Notes under the pieces: model-generated
Seen by the model: the letters and a program-made list of their open reading frames with translations, nothing else
Databases searched by the model: none
What the model was told of the DNA's origin: nothing
Made by a program: the position numbers and the translations under genes
From: a virus
Lineage: Duplodnaviria > Caudoviricetes
DNA length: 64,000 nucleotides
Direction: 5' to 3' (one strand)
Virus record (IMG/VR): IMGVR_UViG_3300031993_000004
Span: 32,001-96,000 of that record
Shown: positions 1-10,097 of the stretch, in pieces
How the letters are laid out: the number at the start of each line of letters is the position of its first letter
How positions within the stretch are numbered: position 1 is the stretch's first letter

Positions 1-1
1 G

Positions 2-388
2 GTGCTTGGTCTCGGCGGAACTGGAATTCCTGACATGATGAAATGGTATTTGTGTCAGGTCTTTGATCTGTTCTCTGAAGAAGTAGATAGTACCTCGGGA
101 TATCCGAAATCTCCGGCTGAAGCAAAAGGACTGGCTCCAGCGTATTATCTTGATTCCAGCAAAATCGAGAAAGTCTTCGGTATTGACGAGAAGTCGATGT
201 ATTCTCATGATGTCAAAAAATCGGGACCGTTTCTGTCGTTGCTGTATATTATCTATACTTTTGATGAGAAGCATGTGACCGATTATGGCTTCTCGATATT
301 TGCATCCCATTTGACAGGAAAAGGAAAGACGATGATGGAAATCTTCAAGAAGTGGCTTGAATTCAATCCACCAGAAGATGATACATGA
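2..388 (+). CDS. hypothetical protein, 5' truncated by window edge
   Basis: Open frame from the window start; next gene follows with an RBS. Confidence 0.6.
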   Translation: MLGLGGTGIPDMMKWYLCQVFDLFSEEVDSTSGYPKSPAEAKGLAPAYYLDSSKIEKVFGIDEKSMYSHDVKKSGPFLSLLYIIYTFDEKHVTDYGFSIFASHLTGKGKTMMEIFKKWLEFNPPEDDT

Positions 389-401
389 TCGGAGGTAAAC
401 G

Positions 402-1343
402 ATGAACTGGAAGAAACGAAAGAAGCTTCGTAAGATCGCACATGCACATGGGAAATCCCATTATTATGAATGGAGAAGTGTAATTAAAGCACTATGCCAT
501 CTCGATTTATATATGACATATTGCAGAGAGAAACAAAGTGAATCTTGGCGAGTATTGGTCAGTAAAAAGATTGAATCGGCACATGGTGAATGGGATCATC
601 CTGTGAATGACATGGTTCAATGTGATGTTGTCATTCAGGACTATACGTCACCAAATCGGCTCAAACGTGTCTATACTCCAGAACAAATCTCTGGCATGGT
701 GGAGTCGTTCGATAAGAAGCTGAAACATGAAGAGATTACATTGGGACCATTGAAGGATGAACCGATGATTTCCGGATACATCACAGGAACTCGTGTTGAA
801 GTCGACAAGGATGGCCATGAACGAATTATCGCTATGGGGATAATTCGATGCGATGAAAAAGATGAACCGTTTGAAGCGTTGATGCATTCGGCCACGATTA
901 ACGAAAAAGATATTAATGGATTCAAACCGGGAGAACTTGCGCAATTCCCTCAGAAATTGGATTCAGCATGTCATAAATCGTGGATGGATATCAGATTCCC
1001 TCGTCCAGTAGTAATTCCAGAAGTTGCTGAGAAATTGAAATCCGAGAAGAATGAACTTATGTTGATTGCCGACGACTTGAAAAAGTTGGCAACTTACGAG
1101 ATGTCAATTCTCGGTATTACAAATCCGGCATCATGGAATACTGCTGTGTCGTCGCCTGTTGAAAAGAAAGAGGGGAAAGATATTGATGTGCTGACCATTA
1201 AGGAAGGTGCATCGACGGTTGTTCCTAAAGTTGATGGCGATATTAATTCATTGCTAAAATATCATGGCATTGTCGCTGGTTCTGACATGAAAGATGCCAT
1301 CAGATATGCTGGAAATTCGTGTGAAGCATCCGCATATGATTGA
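402..1343 (+). CDS. hypothetical protein, WKKR N-terminal motif family
   Basis: GGAGG RBS; N-terminus MNWKKRKKLRKIAHAHG is shared with paralogs. Confidence 0.75.
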   Translation: MNWKKRKKLRKIAHAHGKSHYYEWRSVIKALCHLDLYMTYCREKQSESWRVLVSKKIESAHGEWDHPVNDMVQCDVVIQDYTSPNRLKRVYTPEQISGMVESFDKKLKHEEITLGPLKDEPMISGYITGTRVEVDKDGHERIIAMGIIRCDEKDEPFEALMHSATINEKDINGFKPGELAQFPQKLDSACHKSWMDIRFPRPVVIPEVAEKLKSEKNELMLIADDLKKLATYEMSILGITNPASWNTAVSSPVEKKEGKDIDVLTIKEGASTVVPKVDGDINSLLKYHGIVAGSDMKDAIRYAGNSCEASAYD

Positions 1344-1356
1344 AGGGAGAATTCTG

Positions 1357-1589
1357 ATGGCTGAGAATAAACGACCTAAATGTGTTGACTGTAATGGTAT
1401 TCAGAAGAAGGTGGTCCGTATGGTTCGTGTGAAAACACAGGTTATCGATTTGAACTAGAAGACTTCTGCAGGGTTCCTGGAAATCCGATGATGATCAAAG
1501 GTCCGAAAACTTGGGTTCCAACATGGTGCCATAAATTCTGGAAAAGGGAGAAGGATTCAAATGATCGAAGAGATTGTAAAGAAGGCTGA
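1357..1589 (+). pseudogene. small Cys-rich protein broken by a 1-nt frameshift (or sequencing error)
   Basis: GGGAG RBS and MAENKRPKCVDC; restoring one A at 1393-1394 continues as KWYSEEGGPYGSCENTG...FC...WC to TGA 1587-1589. Confidence 0.5.
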
Positions 1590-1953
1590 CCTGAGTAAGG
1601 TTGCGTTTAAACCATTTTACTATCCGCTCGTGGCAATGATCCATCTGCTGTATGAACTTCCCGAGTGTGGATGTGCAGGATTGGGTCATGTTGTTATTGA
1701 TGATAACAATATCGATACCGGTTCGATCCAGCACACGCTTCATTGGACAACAGAGGGAGAAGATGCTAAACGCGTCGAAGCCCCTCTTGTCAGATGCATC
1801 ATGGAATACATGCTCCAAATGACAGAAGATGAACGAGCAGTGTTGTTCTATCTCATGGAAAACACAAACTGGGATGCAGAATCATTCGAGGATCCTGCTA
1901 TGTTTGATTATGCGAAAGAATATATCATTCCAAGAGAGGGTGAACAATCATAA
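1561..1953 (+). CDS. hypothetical phage protein
   Basis: ORF with RBS in a tightly packed operon. Confidence 0.7.
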   Translation: MIEEIVKKADLSKVAFKPFYYPLVAMIHLLYELPECGCAGLGHVVIDDNNIDTGSIQHTLHWTTEGEDAKRVEAPLVRCIMEYMLQMTEDERAVLFYLMENTNWDAESFEDPAMFDYAKEYIIPREGEQS

Positions 1954-2270
1954 TGCATTGGAAGAAAAGACATAAGTTCCGGAAGCTTCTGCACAGTAAG
2001 CTACGGAAAAAACGTTGGTGGATGTGGATACCCGAAGATTTCAAATCATATGCTGATTACAAACGATACATTCGTTCCTATTGTAGACGAAATGTACCAT
2101 GTCCACCAATGGATCCAGAAGTGAGAAAAGTCATAATTCAAGCCGAATGGAATGGAATGCCAATACGAAAATGGAATGAGCAATTTGAGGATCGGATAAT
2201 CCAAGGGATTGTCGATGCCGAAATAGATCGCAATGTATTGGGAAGCGATAAAAAGCACATCAAAAAATGA
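1953..2270 (+). CDS. hypothetical protein, WKKR family
   Basis: MHWKKRHKFRKL N-terminus; TAATG overlap with the previous gene. Confidence 0.7.
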   Translation: MHWKKRHKFRKLLHSKLRKKRWWMWIPEDFKSYADYKRYIRSYCRRNVPCPPMDPEVRKVIIQAEWNGMPIRKWNEQFEDRIIQGIVDAEIDRNVLGSDKKHIKK

Positions 2271-2289
2271 GTGAAAGGAGTGATCGTGG

Positions 2290-2556
2290 ATGGCAGAACC
2301 ACTTCCAAAAGATCCGATGGACGCAGTGACTGAAATTGTGATGACCGCATCACCAGAAGAACTCGTTCAGCGTATTCAAAATGCTGCTGCAATTGCATGG
2401 AGATTTGCTGGCTATGACGGCCAACATCATAAAGACTGGGTGATCGATAAGATGCTGCTGTACGTTCTCGGAGAAGAAGCATATCAAAAATTCGTCGAGA
2501 TGTACAATCATGGTGCTGATCCGTTGTCACGGTGGAAAACCGGTATCACACCTTAA
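2290..2556 (+). CDS. small hypothetical phage protein
   Basis: GAAAGGAG RBS upstream. Confidence 0.7.
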   Translation: MAEPLPKDPMDAVTEIVMTASPEELVQRIQNAAAIAWRFAGYDGQHHKDWVIDKMLLYVLGEEAYQKFVEMYNHGADPLSRWKTGITP

Positions 2557-2566
2557 GGAGGTCATA

Positions 2567-3001
2567 ATGAAAAAGCGAACAAAAATTAATCGCGCGCGAA
2601 GATATGGATTCGGAACCTGGAGTCAATATAAAGCCTGGAAACGGATTCTTGATTTCGGTGTGAAGCATGGCGGACAATGGTTCTATGAATGGTTTGTCGA
2701 ATGTAAACATCGTTCCGAAGCACATAAGGCCGGAACTGGGGTTGACATGTTGCTTATCACAACCAGTAAATCTGGAAAAGCTATCAAGCACATGCAGATT
2801 GCACAGGGGTGTTATCCGTCAGCAATGACATCATCAAATGACACACCAGACATCACGTTGCGTTTCACAGCGGACTTTCACAATGGTAAATGTACAACCG
2901 ATGTATTCCAGGAAGTGTATAACAGATATCAGGAATGGCTTGGAGGCATTCAAAGTCGGCCATATGATGACGAGAAAGGTGATTCAGATGAAACTGAATG
3001 A
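2567..3001 (+). CDS. hypothetical protein, WKKR-like N-terminus
   Basis: AAGGAGG RBS before ATG 2567; MKKRTKINRARRYGFGTW. Confidence 0.7.
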   Translation: MKKRTKINRARRYGFGTWSQYKAWKRILDFGVKHGGQWFYEWFVECKHRSEAHKAGTGVDMLLITTSKSGKAIKHMQIAQGCYPSAMTSSNDTPDITLRFTADFHNGKCTTDVFQEVYNRYQEWLGGIQSRPYDDEKGDSDETE

Positions 3002-3206
3002 TGTGATTTCTAAGCTACAAGCTCTTGCGGATGAGGGTTATGGGGACTATCACATCGAATTCGTATGTGATGCCACTCAGACATATTTCAATGACTCTGA
3101 ACATACATACGGCACTGACAGTCGAACATTCGATTTCGATGATCCGCATTGTAATCGTGAAGTCTATGACCAGCAAAGAATTATCCAGCTGCATTCAAAA
3201 TGGTAA
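2988..3206 (+). CDS. hypothetical protein
   Basis: GAAAGG RBS; overlapping operon gene. Confidence 0.6.
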   Translation: MKLNDVISKLQALADEGYGDYHIEFVCDATQTYFNDSEHTYGTDSRTFDFDDPHCNREVYDQQRIIQLHSKW

Positions 3207-3236
3207 TTACCATAATGAGGGGGTGAGTTATAAGCC

Positions 3237-3692
3237 ATGCACTGGAAGAAACGGAATCGGCGACGTAAGATCGCGCGGTCACATGGTTACACACACTGGA
3301 GGATCTGGAATAACCGTGTGAAAGCAAGCGTCCACATTGAACGGTATCAACATCTGCTGGAAAGTTGGTGTTCTCGTGACATCAAACATATTCTTTATGA
3401 ATTGAATACGACGGTTACGTTACTTGGACATCCTGAATACTGTATGACAGAAGAACAGTTCTGGGCACAATATAATGATCAACTCAATGAAATGATTTCC
3501 GCACAGGAAGCGTACGAAGATGAATGTATTATGCGATTCCTGGATAAAGAGTTCGATAAAAAAGAACAAAACGAATTTGATGGGGACACGATCGATGTCA
3601 TTCCCATCAAACATCAAACTCATGTTCCGACGAACGATAATGAGCCATTCTATAAGTCGGTCTTATACAGATCTGCATATGGATATAAATGA
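3237..3692 (+). CDS. hypothetical protein, WKKR family
   Basis: MHWKKRNRRRKIARSHGYTHW N-terminus. Confidence 0.7.
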   Translation: MHWKKRNRRRKIARSHGYTHWRIWNNRVKASVHIERYQHLLESWCSRDIKHILYELNTTVTLLGHPEYCMTEEQFWAQYNDQLNEMISAQEAYEDECIMRFLDKEFDKKEQNEFDGDTIDVIPIKHQTHVPTNDNEPFYKSVLYRSAYGYK

Positions 3693-3724
3693 AAAATGGG
3701 GGCGAAAGCCCCCATTTTTTTTTT
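3692..3724 (+). terminator. intrinsic terminator
   Basis: AAAAATGGGGGC-GAAA-GCCCCCATTTTTTTTTT. Confidence 0.85.
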
Positions 3725-3733
3725 ACATCTTAA

Positions 3734-3747
3734 ATGTATATTATTAT
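3734..3747 (+). promoter_or_regulatory. putative phage early promoter (TATATTATTAT motif)
   Basis: Recurrent motif found just after terminators and before operon starts. Confidence 0.55.
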
Positions 3748-3766
3748 CTCGAAAGGAGGCTCGCTT

Positions 3767-4327
3767 ATGAGTAAACTGAAATTGATGGAACGTCCCGAAG
3801 CCCGCCCGCAAGATGATGACAATCCAGCACATATCGTCTCAATGCTGTGCTACAACACGGAGGTGTGTCCACATTGCGGAAATGGTGGAAAGTTCATCGA
3901 AACAATTGAGGCGTCTCGTAAGGTAAAAACATATGGTTGCATTGTCCATGTTGATCAAGCATTCTTTAAAGGGAGATGCACGATGTGTGGACAAGTATGG
4001 ATCGAGACAGCTTACATCCCTGGCACACTGCGATTGAGTCTGACAACATTGAAGTTCATATGTAATAAGATAACATCTGTGGTTTGGTCTGCTATTAAAG
4101 TTGGATTTAATTTCTTCGTAAACCATATTCTCGCAAAAGTCATATACGGTATTGTACTATGGCTTGTCGTGAAGGGTGTTCGCGCATACGAATACTCGGA
4201 AGGAGAAAGTAATTTTAAAGAGATGCTAGCGGTATTTGGAATATTCTTAGTTCTTTTTCAAGCAGGATGGTATATTGCGCAAATAATATCGTTTTGCAAT
4301 AAAGTGAGGAGGAAGTTCTTTGAGTAA
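3767..4327 (+). CDS. Zn-ribbon plus membrane protein
   Basis: CPHC...CTMC; hydrophobic C-terminal helices; GAAAGGAGG RBS. Confidence 0.7.
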   Translation: MSKLKLMERPEARPQDDDNPAHIVSMLCYNTEVCPHCGNGGKFIETIEASRKVKTYGCIVHVDQAFFKGRCTMCGQVWIETAYIPGTLRLSLTTLKFICNKITSVVWSAIKVGFNFFVNHILAKVIYGIVLWLVVKGVRAYEYSEGESNFKEMLAVFGIFLVLFQAGWYIAQIISFCNKVRRKFFE

Positions 4328-4730
4328 CACGAAAGATTTTATTGATGGCGTTGCCGATAAATTATCCGTGCAGTTATCAAAAGCCGGCAACTTTGATAAG
4401 TTTTCACGGTGGACTGATCTCGAAAATGAGATTGAAACACTCATCTCTATCGTGCAATGCGATAACGGGTTGCCTGCAGTCGAGAGATTCCATGGTTCGT
4501 ACTGGATGTCTCGTATCAAATCTGCCATGATAGATTTGTCCGTGGATGCAACAGGTCAGGAAGGATTTGAAGTTGCGTGGGATAATCTCAAAAACGTATT
4601 AAAGGACGAATACGAGATCGCTAAGACAGGAAAAGGAATGTCAGCAGTGCGAGCAGCATGGGGTCTTCATTATATTCAGAAAGTCCAGGATATAATGAAG
4701 AGCCTTGAAAAAATATATGAGGAGGCATAA
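4320..4730 (+). CDS. hypothetical protein
   Basis: ORF with GAGGAGG RBS and TTG start. Confidence 0.65.
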   Translation: MSNTKDFIDGVADKLSVQLSKAGNFDKFSRWTDLENEIETLISIVQCDNGLPAVERFHGSYWMSRIKSAMIDLSVDATGQEGFEVAWDNLKNVLKDEYEIAKTGKGMSAVRAAWGLHYIQKVQDIMKSLEKIYEEA

Positions 4731-4732
4731 AT

Positions 4733-5680
4733 ATGACTTTTACGCAATTCAACCGCGCGATCTTTTGTACCCTGTACAACTATTTTGTGAAGGAAAAGAA
4801 GTACGATGCAGTGTATCCGGTGAGCGAACCGCCGGAGAATTATTACGATACAGACGCCATTATTCGGTTTTCCCATATAGAGTTCGGTGAACTCTATGTG
4901 TGGTTCTCACCGACTGGAGTGGTAATTGTTGATCCGAAGACAACAGAGATCATACGGTTTACTGCAACAACAGGCATCTTCAAGTATAGATATTCTAAAT
5001 GTTATCCAACTGCGCTGAATGGAACTTGGGAATCGGATCCTCTCAGATGGGATTCCCAACAGTTTTGGAATCTGTATAATCATGACAGACCTTTTCAGAA
5101 AATCTATGATATGCTTGCTGAACTAGAGATTATGCCGACTGATAGCACAAATAAACTTTGGGAAGATGCAATCGCACGTTATGGTGAATCCGAAATTAAG
5201 ATTGCACGAACCAGGACTGATATAATCAGATCGTGTAAAAATACTCGCTACATTTTTGCATCTGGTTTGACGAAGATCATCGGATTTATGACAATTCCGC
5301 TTGATAAGCTGTATATCGATACTGTCAACACAGGGTGTAATCATACCCGTGAATGCAATGGACACTTCAAGAATGGATATGACTCGTTGTGGATAAAGCA
5401 TTATGACTATTCGAGTACATACATGAATACACTTATCGGTGTATCATGCAACGAGAAAGGTGTTACCCGAGTTATCTGCGGCCGGTTCCGCAATGATAAT
5501 CCTTTGGTAATTCTCCAACTGGATGAACGGTTCTTCTTGATGATGCCGTATCCAGAAATTATCGGAAATGATAAAGCTTCGGAGCTCATATCCAATAGAT
5601 GGTGTGATTTGGTCATTTCAACAACATCAGAGTTTTGCACAACTGCAAACTATAATGTCAACAAGGAGGAATCACAATGA
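4733..5680 (+). CDS. hypothetical protein
   Basis: 315-aa ORF with RBS. Confidence 0.75.
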   Translation: MTFTQFNRAIFCTLYNYFVKEKKYDAVYPVSEPPENYYDTDAIIRFSHIEFGELYVWFSPTGVVIVDPKTTEIIRFTATTGIFKYRYSKCYPTALNGTWESDPLRWDSQQFWNLYNHDRPFQKIYDMLAELEIMPTDSTNKLWEDAIARYGESEIKIARTRTDIIRSCKNTRYIFASGLTKIIGFMTIPLDKLYIDTVNTGCNHTRECNGHFKNGYDSLWIKHYDYSSTYMNTLIGVSCNEKGVTRVICGRFRNDNPLVILQLDERFFLMMPYPEIIGNDKASELISNRWCDLVISTTSEFCTTANYNVNKEESQ

Positions 5681-6438
5681 GTCAACTTGAACGAACAGAA
5701 GGGATCAAAGCCGAATATGCTGTAACCATAAAACGGCACAGATGTGCCGCATGCGGCATTGAGGTCCCATATGACAATAAACCTGAATGGTGGCCGGATA
5801 ATGAAATCCATCTGTTTGCACGACTCCCGCTGTGCTGGAATTGTGTGATGGAAATCTTTCATGACATCGAACTTCATGAATTGCAGATTCCGCCGTCCAT
5901 AGTTACAAGCACCAGAGCTGAGGCAGAGAGACTGTTCGATGATCAGGAAGACAGATTCGCGGAAATCTGTGTCAGATGCCGTCATATGAAAGTCATTGAC
6001 ACAGATGCTATGGAGGTTAAACCAAAGACATACATTGTTGACCTGTATACGAAAAATCGAGAAGGTATCAAAAAATACTTCGAAAGCGATGCTTATGAAA
6101 GGATGTATAAGGAAGGATACCGCGTCCCGGTTGTGTATCCAATGCCGTCACAAAGTTCGTATGAAAATAATCCGTTGAATTATTTCACTTCACCAACGAA
6201 CTTTGCTGCGGTCGTTGATGAAATCTTATGGGATCATGACCCGGTGTGTCAACATGACAGGGTGAGGATTCGCCAGTACAATACTGCAATTGGTAAACAT
6301 CTTGATGCTACTATTGCAACGAATAAGACAGTGAAGCTGTGTCCAGTCTTCTCGGGTTCTATGAATCCGAACAGTGCCGAGTTTGATATATACCGCGTAA
6401 TTGCGTTCACATTGGAGGTGCCTAATGAGACAAATTAA
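5677..6438 (+). CDS. hypothetical protein with CxxC pairs
   Basis: CAAC, CWNC and CVRC motifs; ATGA overlap. Confidence 0.7.
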   Translation: MSQLERTEGIKAEYAVTIKRHRCAACGIEVPYDNKPEWWPDNEIHLFARLPLCWNCVMEIFHDIELHELQIPPSIVTSTRAEAERLFDDQEDRFAEICVRCRHMKVIDTDAMEVKPKTYIVDLYTKNREGIKKYFESDAYERMYKEGYRVPVVYPMPSQSSYENNPLNYFTSPTNFAAVVDEILWDHDPVCQHDRVRIRQYNTAIGKHLDATIATNKTVKLCPVFSGSMNPNSAEFDIYRVIAFTLEVPNETN

Positions 6439-7258
6439 TGCAGATGATTTCAAGTTTGTCACGATGATCCAGATTCGGTTTTATACCATGCCGATTCCGA
6501 AAGGTTTGTATGTATGCCCCGGTAAGACATATGATGCTCTTGTGACGAATGTAAATGAATCAGCGATCTCTATCCTGTTCACAGATGATAGCGGAGCTGT
6601 TATATCTAAGATGATTCCGTATGCAGCGATGAACACGGATGGTGTTAAGGTTATTCCTGTAATGACACACGTGCAAATCAGAAAAACCATGTATTCTCGC
6701 ATCCGTGATGCACAACGTTTTGCATCAGCTGTAAAGTTTGATTATACTGTGTACGAGCTTCTGAGATATGCTGGTTCATACTGTGATGAAAATGCGCTTC
6801 AGTATGCTAAGAAACTTAAACCGAAATCCGGAAAACTTGTACAGATTATTGATGAAGGTTTCATCACAGCTGTGCTGGGTGAGTTTGGATTATATGACTC
6901 GTCAAGTGATCTGCTTAGCATCGATCGGATTCCGTTTGCTATTGCTGATAATAAATCACACACTTATCGAGTGTTGCTCACAAAACATGAATACGGGCAA
7001 TATACATTCAATATTTCTGTCGGTGATAGATTCAACAAAGATTTTCACGGAAATGGTTTCCCGCCGGAAATGATGGAAGATAAGGGTACCTCAAATGGAT
7101 TTGGAACGCATTTCCAAGGGTTTGGTGAATTGGTCAAACTCAGTGCAGCGCACCCTGATTATCGTGCTGACGATACTCTTTCCAGCAATATTCAATCAAT
7201 ATTGATGCGGAAAATGGATCTGTCTGCTGCTGATGAAGAGAGGTCTGATCTGATATGA
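6425..7258 (+). CDS. hypothetical protein
   Basis: GGAGG RBS before ATG 6425. Confidence 0.7.
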   Translation: MRQINADDFKFVTMIQIRFYTMPIPKGLYVCPGKTYDALVTNVNESAISILFTDDSGAVISKMIPYAAMNTDGVKVIPVMTHVQIRKTMYSRIRDAQRFASAVKFDYTVYELLRYAGSYCDENALQYAKKLKPKSGKLVQIIDEGFITAVLGEFGLYDSSSDLLSIDRIPFAIADNKSHTYRVLLTKHEYGQYTFNISVGDRFNKDFHGNGFPPEMMEDKGTSNGFGTHFQGFGELVKLSAAHPDYRADDTLSSNIQSILMRKMDLSAADEERSDLI

Positions 7259-7683
7259 CAAAACGCCAGAAGAAAAAGTTGGCAAAACGGATGGGTTTGT
7301 TCCATTATCGAGATTACAAGTTTATCTGTAAGGCTCGAAAATGCATGGCGGACGTTGATAGTGCTATTGCGTTATGGAATGAGAAACACCGTGGGTGGAT
7401 CAACAGCATGCAGAAAGATTTTGAAGCAAAGATCGTAGCATTGTATCGCACAATGCTACGATCTGAATCGTCACTCGATGACATCAAAGATATGCTTCAA
7501 ATTTGTGAGAGCAGAAGGGCTGAAATAATACCCGATGATTATTTGGATCAATTGTCGCTGAGCGTATATAAAGCGAACAAAAGAATTCCTATCCCGTTGG
7601 ATATTATCTATACCCCTTCTCAAATCGATGAATTTGAAACAATGCTCAAAGCCGAAATGGAGAAAGAAGGTCTCGACAAATGA
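7255..7683 (+). CDS. hypothetical protein, WKKR-like basic N-terminus
   Basis: MTKRQKKKLAKRMGLFHY; ATGA overlap. Confidence 0.7.
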   Translation: MTKRQKKKLAKRMGLFHYRDYKFICKARKCMADVDSAIALWNEKHRGWINSMQKDFEAKIVALYRTMLRSESSLDDIKDMLQICESRRAEIIPDDYLDQLSLSVYKANKRIPIPLDIIYTPSQIDEFETMLKAEMEKEGLDK

Positions 7684-7758
7684 ATGATCCTGGTAAAGGA
7701 AACAGTATTCTCGATCATCATGACATATTATTCGGAGAAAAATCGATAATTAAAGGAG

Positions 7759-8469
7759 ATGAACATGATGACATTCATGATCACGACACATCGGTTACCG
7801 GGTGCCCGGGAGTATCTTCCAGACGATCTGGTGAAAACAATTCCATGGGATGCGTTTTACGTGAAGAGCATAATGGACATTGCTCGTCTGGAGGCGGCAT
7901 GTAAACCTACACCGATTCCGGAATGGACAGAATTTTGCAGAATATATCATGGACAATATAAATTCGGACATAGATTTATGGTCAATACACGACGTGTGTT
8001 CACATTCGAGTGTCCCGAATGTCATGCAAGTAGGGAGCTTCCGTATAATCTCATCCAAATGTATATCAAAAATGCTATTGCGGCTGACCGTCTCAGGTCT
8101 GGATATGCTCGTGTGTTCGGCGGTGGATTCACATGTGTGAATTGCAATTTGTATGTTGGATATCCATTCTGGGCAGGATGCGTTTCCGTGAAGCGTGTCA
8201 CATCATCAACAGTCGAACGTGCATCCAGTATAGGTGCTGACAACCTGAAAGATGAATTCAGTCAGTTTGATGATGAATACTGCTGGAATATATCAGATGA
8301 AATCGTACGGGAAATGCTGATATATGGCGACGCATTTTTTCGGAAGCCGTATTCCCATCATAAGTATTCCCATCATAAGTATCTCAGAGATCTCCATGTT
8401 CGCGGATATCATTCGAACAAAGGATTTCTTGAGAATAAGAAACCGTCCAAAAGGAAGCATCATCATTAA
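7759..8469 (+). CDS. Zn-finger-containing hypothetical protein
   Basis: CPEC and CVNC motifs; 15-nt tandem duplication (YSHHK twice) near 8349-8381. Confidence 0.7.
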   Translation: MNMMTFMITTHRLPGAREYLPDDLVKTIPWDAFYVKSIMDIARLEAACKPTPIPEWTEFCRIYHGQYKFGHRFMVNTRRVFTFECPECHASRELPYNLIQMYIKNAIAADRLRSGYARVFGGGFTCVNCNLYVGYPFWAGCVSVKRVTSSTVERASSIGADNLKDEFSQFDDEYCWNISDEIVREMLIYGDAFFRKPYSHHKYSHHKYLRDLHVRGYHSNKGFLENKKPSKRKHHH

Positions 8470-8483
8470 TAAAGGAGGATATT

Positions 8484-9254
8484 ATGGATGAACCGAAAGT
8501 TTTGACGTTTTCCGAAGCGTCAAAAATCGACATCATGGAGGATGAAACCGAACGTAAACGATTGTTGCGAGAGGCGAGACTGCTCAAAGAAGCATTTCCC
8601 GATAATTACATGAACATGGTGGGATATGAGAGATGTCAGTCTATGATCGAACGTTTAACCCGAAATATCGATTTAACCATGCAACACGCATCTCACTTCG
8701 CCAGACTTGATGAGGTGCTCGAAAAGCTCTTGCAACGTGTACAACTGAAACCGCTCGACTACGGTTACTGGTTGATGCGACAATCGAAAGCATATGAAAG
8801 GCCGTGCATGCAAAAGATTGCCGCCTGGGATTGTAAAAATCTGGCGATCGATTTGGATAATCATAAGCATACCAGCGAACTCAGCGTATTTAAGCCGGCA
8901 GCGTTGTATTTTGAATTTCCAGGATACAGTGGAACAATTCTATATATGCGCGCGTTTGCAGAAGGAAAACCAGGTTCGATTATCTTGGAAGTCGGTATTC
9001 AGGTTGTGGACAACCTCGAAGCATACGGTGTATATCACGAAGATCGCAAAGAATACGCGACAATTGAAACATGTAATTTCCAGCCGTATTACAAAAACAA
9101 ATGTTTCTCGTTTGCATTCGAAGACATCAATGAACGAGATGAACTTACATGTTTAAATATAGGCTACGTTGAAGGTGTCTGGCAAATTCTGACCGGAATT
9201 ATTAAGGATGGATACATGGATCTGTTCGGTTTTGAGGAAGGGGAAAACAAATGA
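8484..9254 (+). CDS. hypothetical protein
   Basis: AAGGAGG RBS; 256 aa. Confidence 0.75.
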   Translation: MDEPKVLTFSEASKIDIMEDETERKRLLREARLLKEAFPDNYMNMVGYERCQSMIERLTRNIDLTMQHASHFARLDEVLEKLLQRVQLKPLDYGYWLMRQSKAYERPCMQKIAAWDCKNLAIDLDNHKHTSELSVFKPAALYFEFPGYSGTILYMRAFAEGKPGSIILEVGIQVVDNLEAYGVYHEDRKEYATIETCNFQPYYKNKCFSFAFEDINERDELTCLNIGYVEGVWQILTGIIKDGYMDLFGFEEGENK

Positions 9255-10096
9255 AACTGATTGTATATGATCGGAGAGATGCCATCACATATATGGCTCC
9301 GATTATCACAAATGCATGCAGAGATTTCGCCAGCAAGGTAGCGCCACAGGGTGGTGGTGTCTATTCGCAGGTGACAGTCGATTTCAATTTGACATCGTTC
9401 GGATACACAATTAACAAAGTTAATCCGAAAACACTGATCACGGTCATGGTTGATTACAGTTATCATTGTCCAATGATCATCGTCGGTGTTCCATTTCTCA
9501 GAGACGATCTCTTCTTCAAAATTACATTCGTAAATACGAATGAAGATGTTGAAGATTATCCAGAAGAATGGGCATTCAAACTGGAATACTGCAGCGATCG
9601 GTGGGGTCACAATGTGATTGAAAGGAGAGCTATAGCGCTCTCAGTGTCACATTTAAGCGCGAAGTTCATCGAACTGGTCGAACTCATGGAACGGCTTGTG
9701 AACTTCGGAACCAGTAACACATTCATGACAATCTCAATGCAAGACAGATGTGATGCTGAAGAGGATGTGGGCGAAGAAGCTGACGAGGAGATTCCCGTCG
9801 AAGAATCGGATGAAACACCGGAAGAACAACCAGTTCACAAAATGCGAAGATTCGCCGGCATGATGCCCGTGAATGAAATCGAACGGACAGAGACATTCAA
9901 AGACAAATATGGGCATGAGGTTCGTATTGACGCAGGTCCGAACGGCTGGACAGTTAGATACGCAGATATGAGTTCCAATTACAAAGACGAGTCCATCGGC
10001 ACTGATGCAAACTTCAAGAATGCATATGACACTGCTGCGACTCGTGTTGGACCTCTCACACCTGTGAAAACGAAACAAAAAGAGGAGGAAGAGTGA
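9251..10096 (+). CDS. hypothetical two-domain protein with acidic linker
   Basis: ORF with ATGA overlap. Confidence 0.7.
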   Translation: MKLIVYDRRDAITYMAPIITNACRDFASKVAPQGGGVYSQVTVDFNLTSFGYTINKVNPKTLITVMVDYSYHCPMIIVGVPFLRDDLFFKITFVNTNEDVEDYPEEWAFKLEYCSDRWGHNVIERRAIALSVSHLSAKFIELVELMERLVNFGTSNTFMTISMQDRCDAEEDVGEEADEEIPVEESDETPEEQPVHKMRRFAGMMPVNEIERTETFKDKYGHEVRIDAGPNGWTVRYADMSSNYKDESIGTDANFKNAYDTAATRVGPLTPVKTKQKEEEE

Positions 10097-10097
10097 T

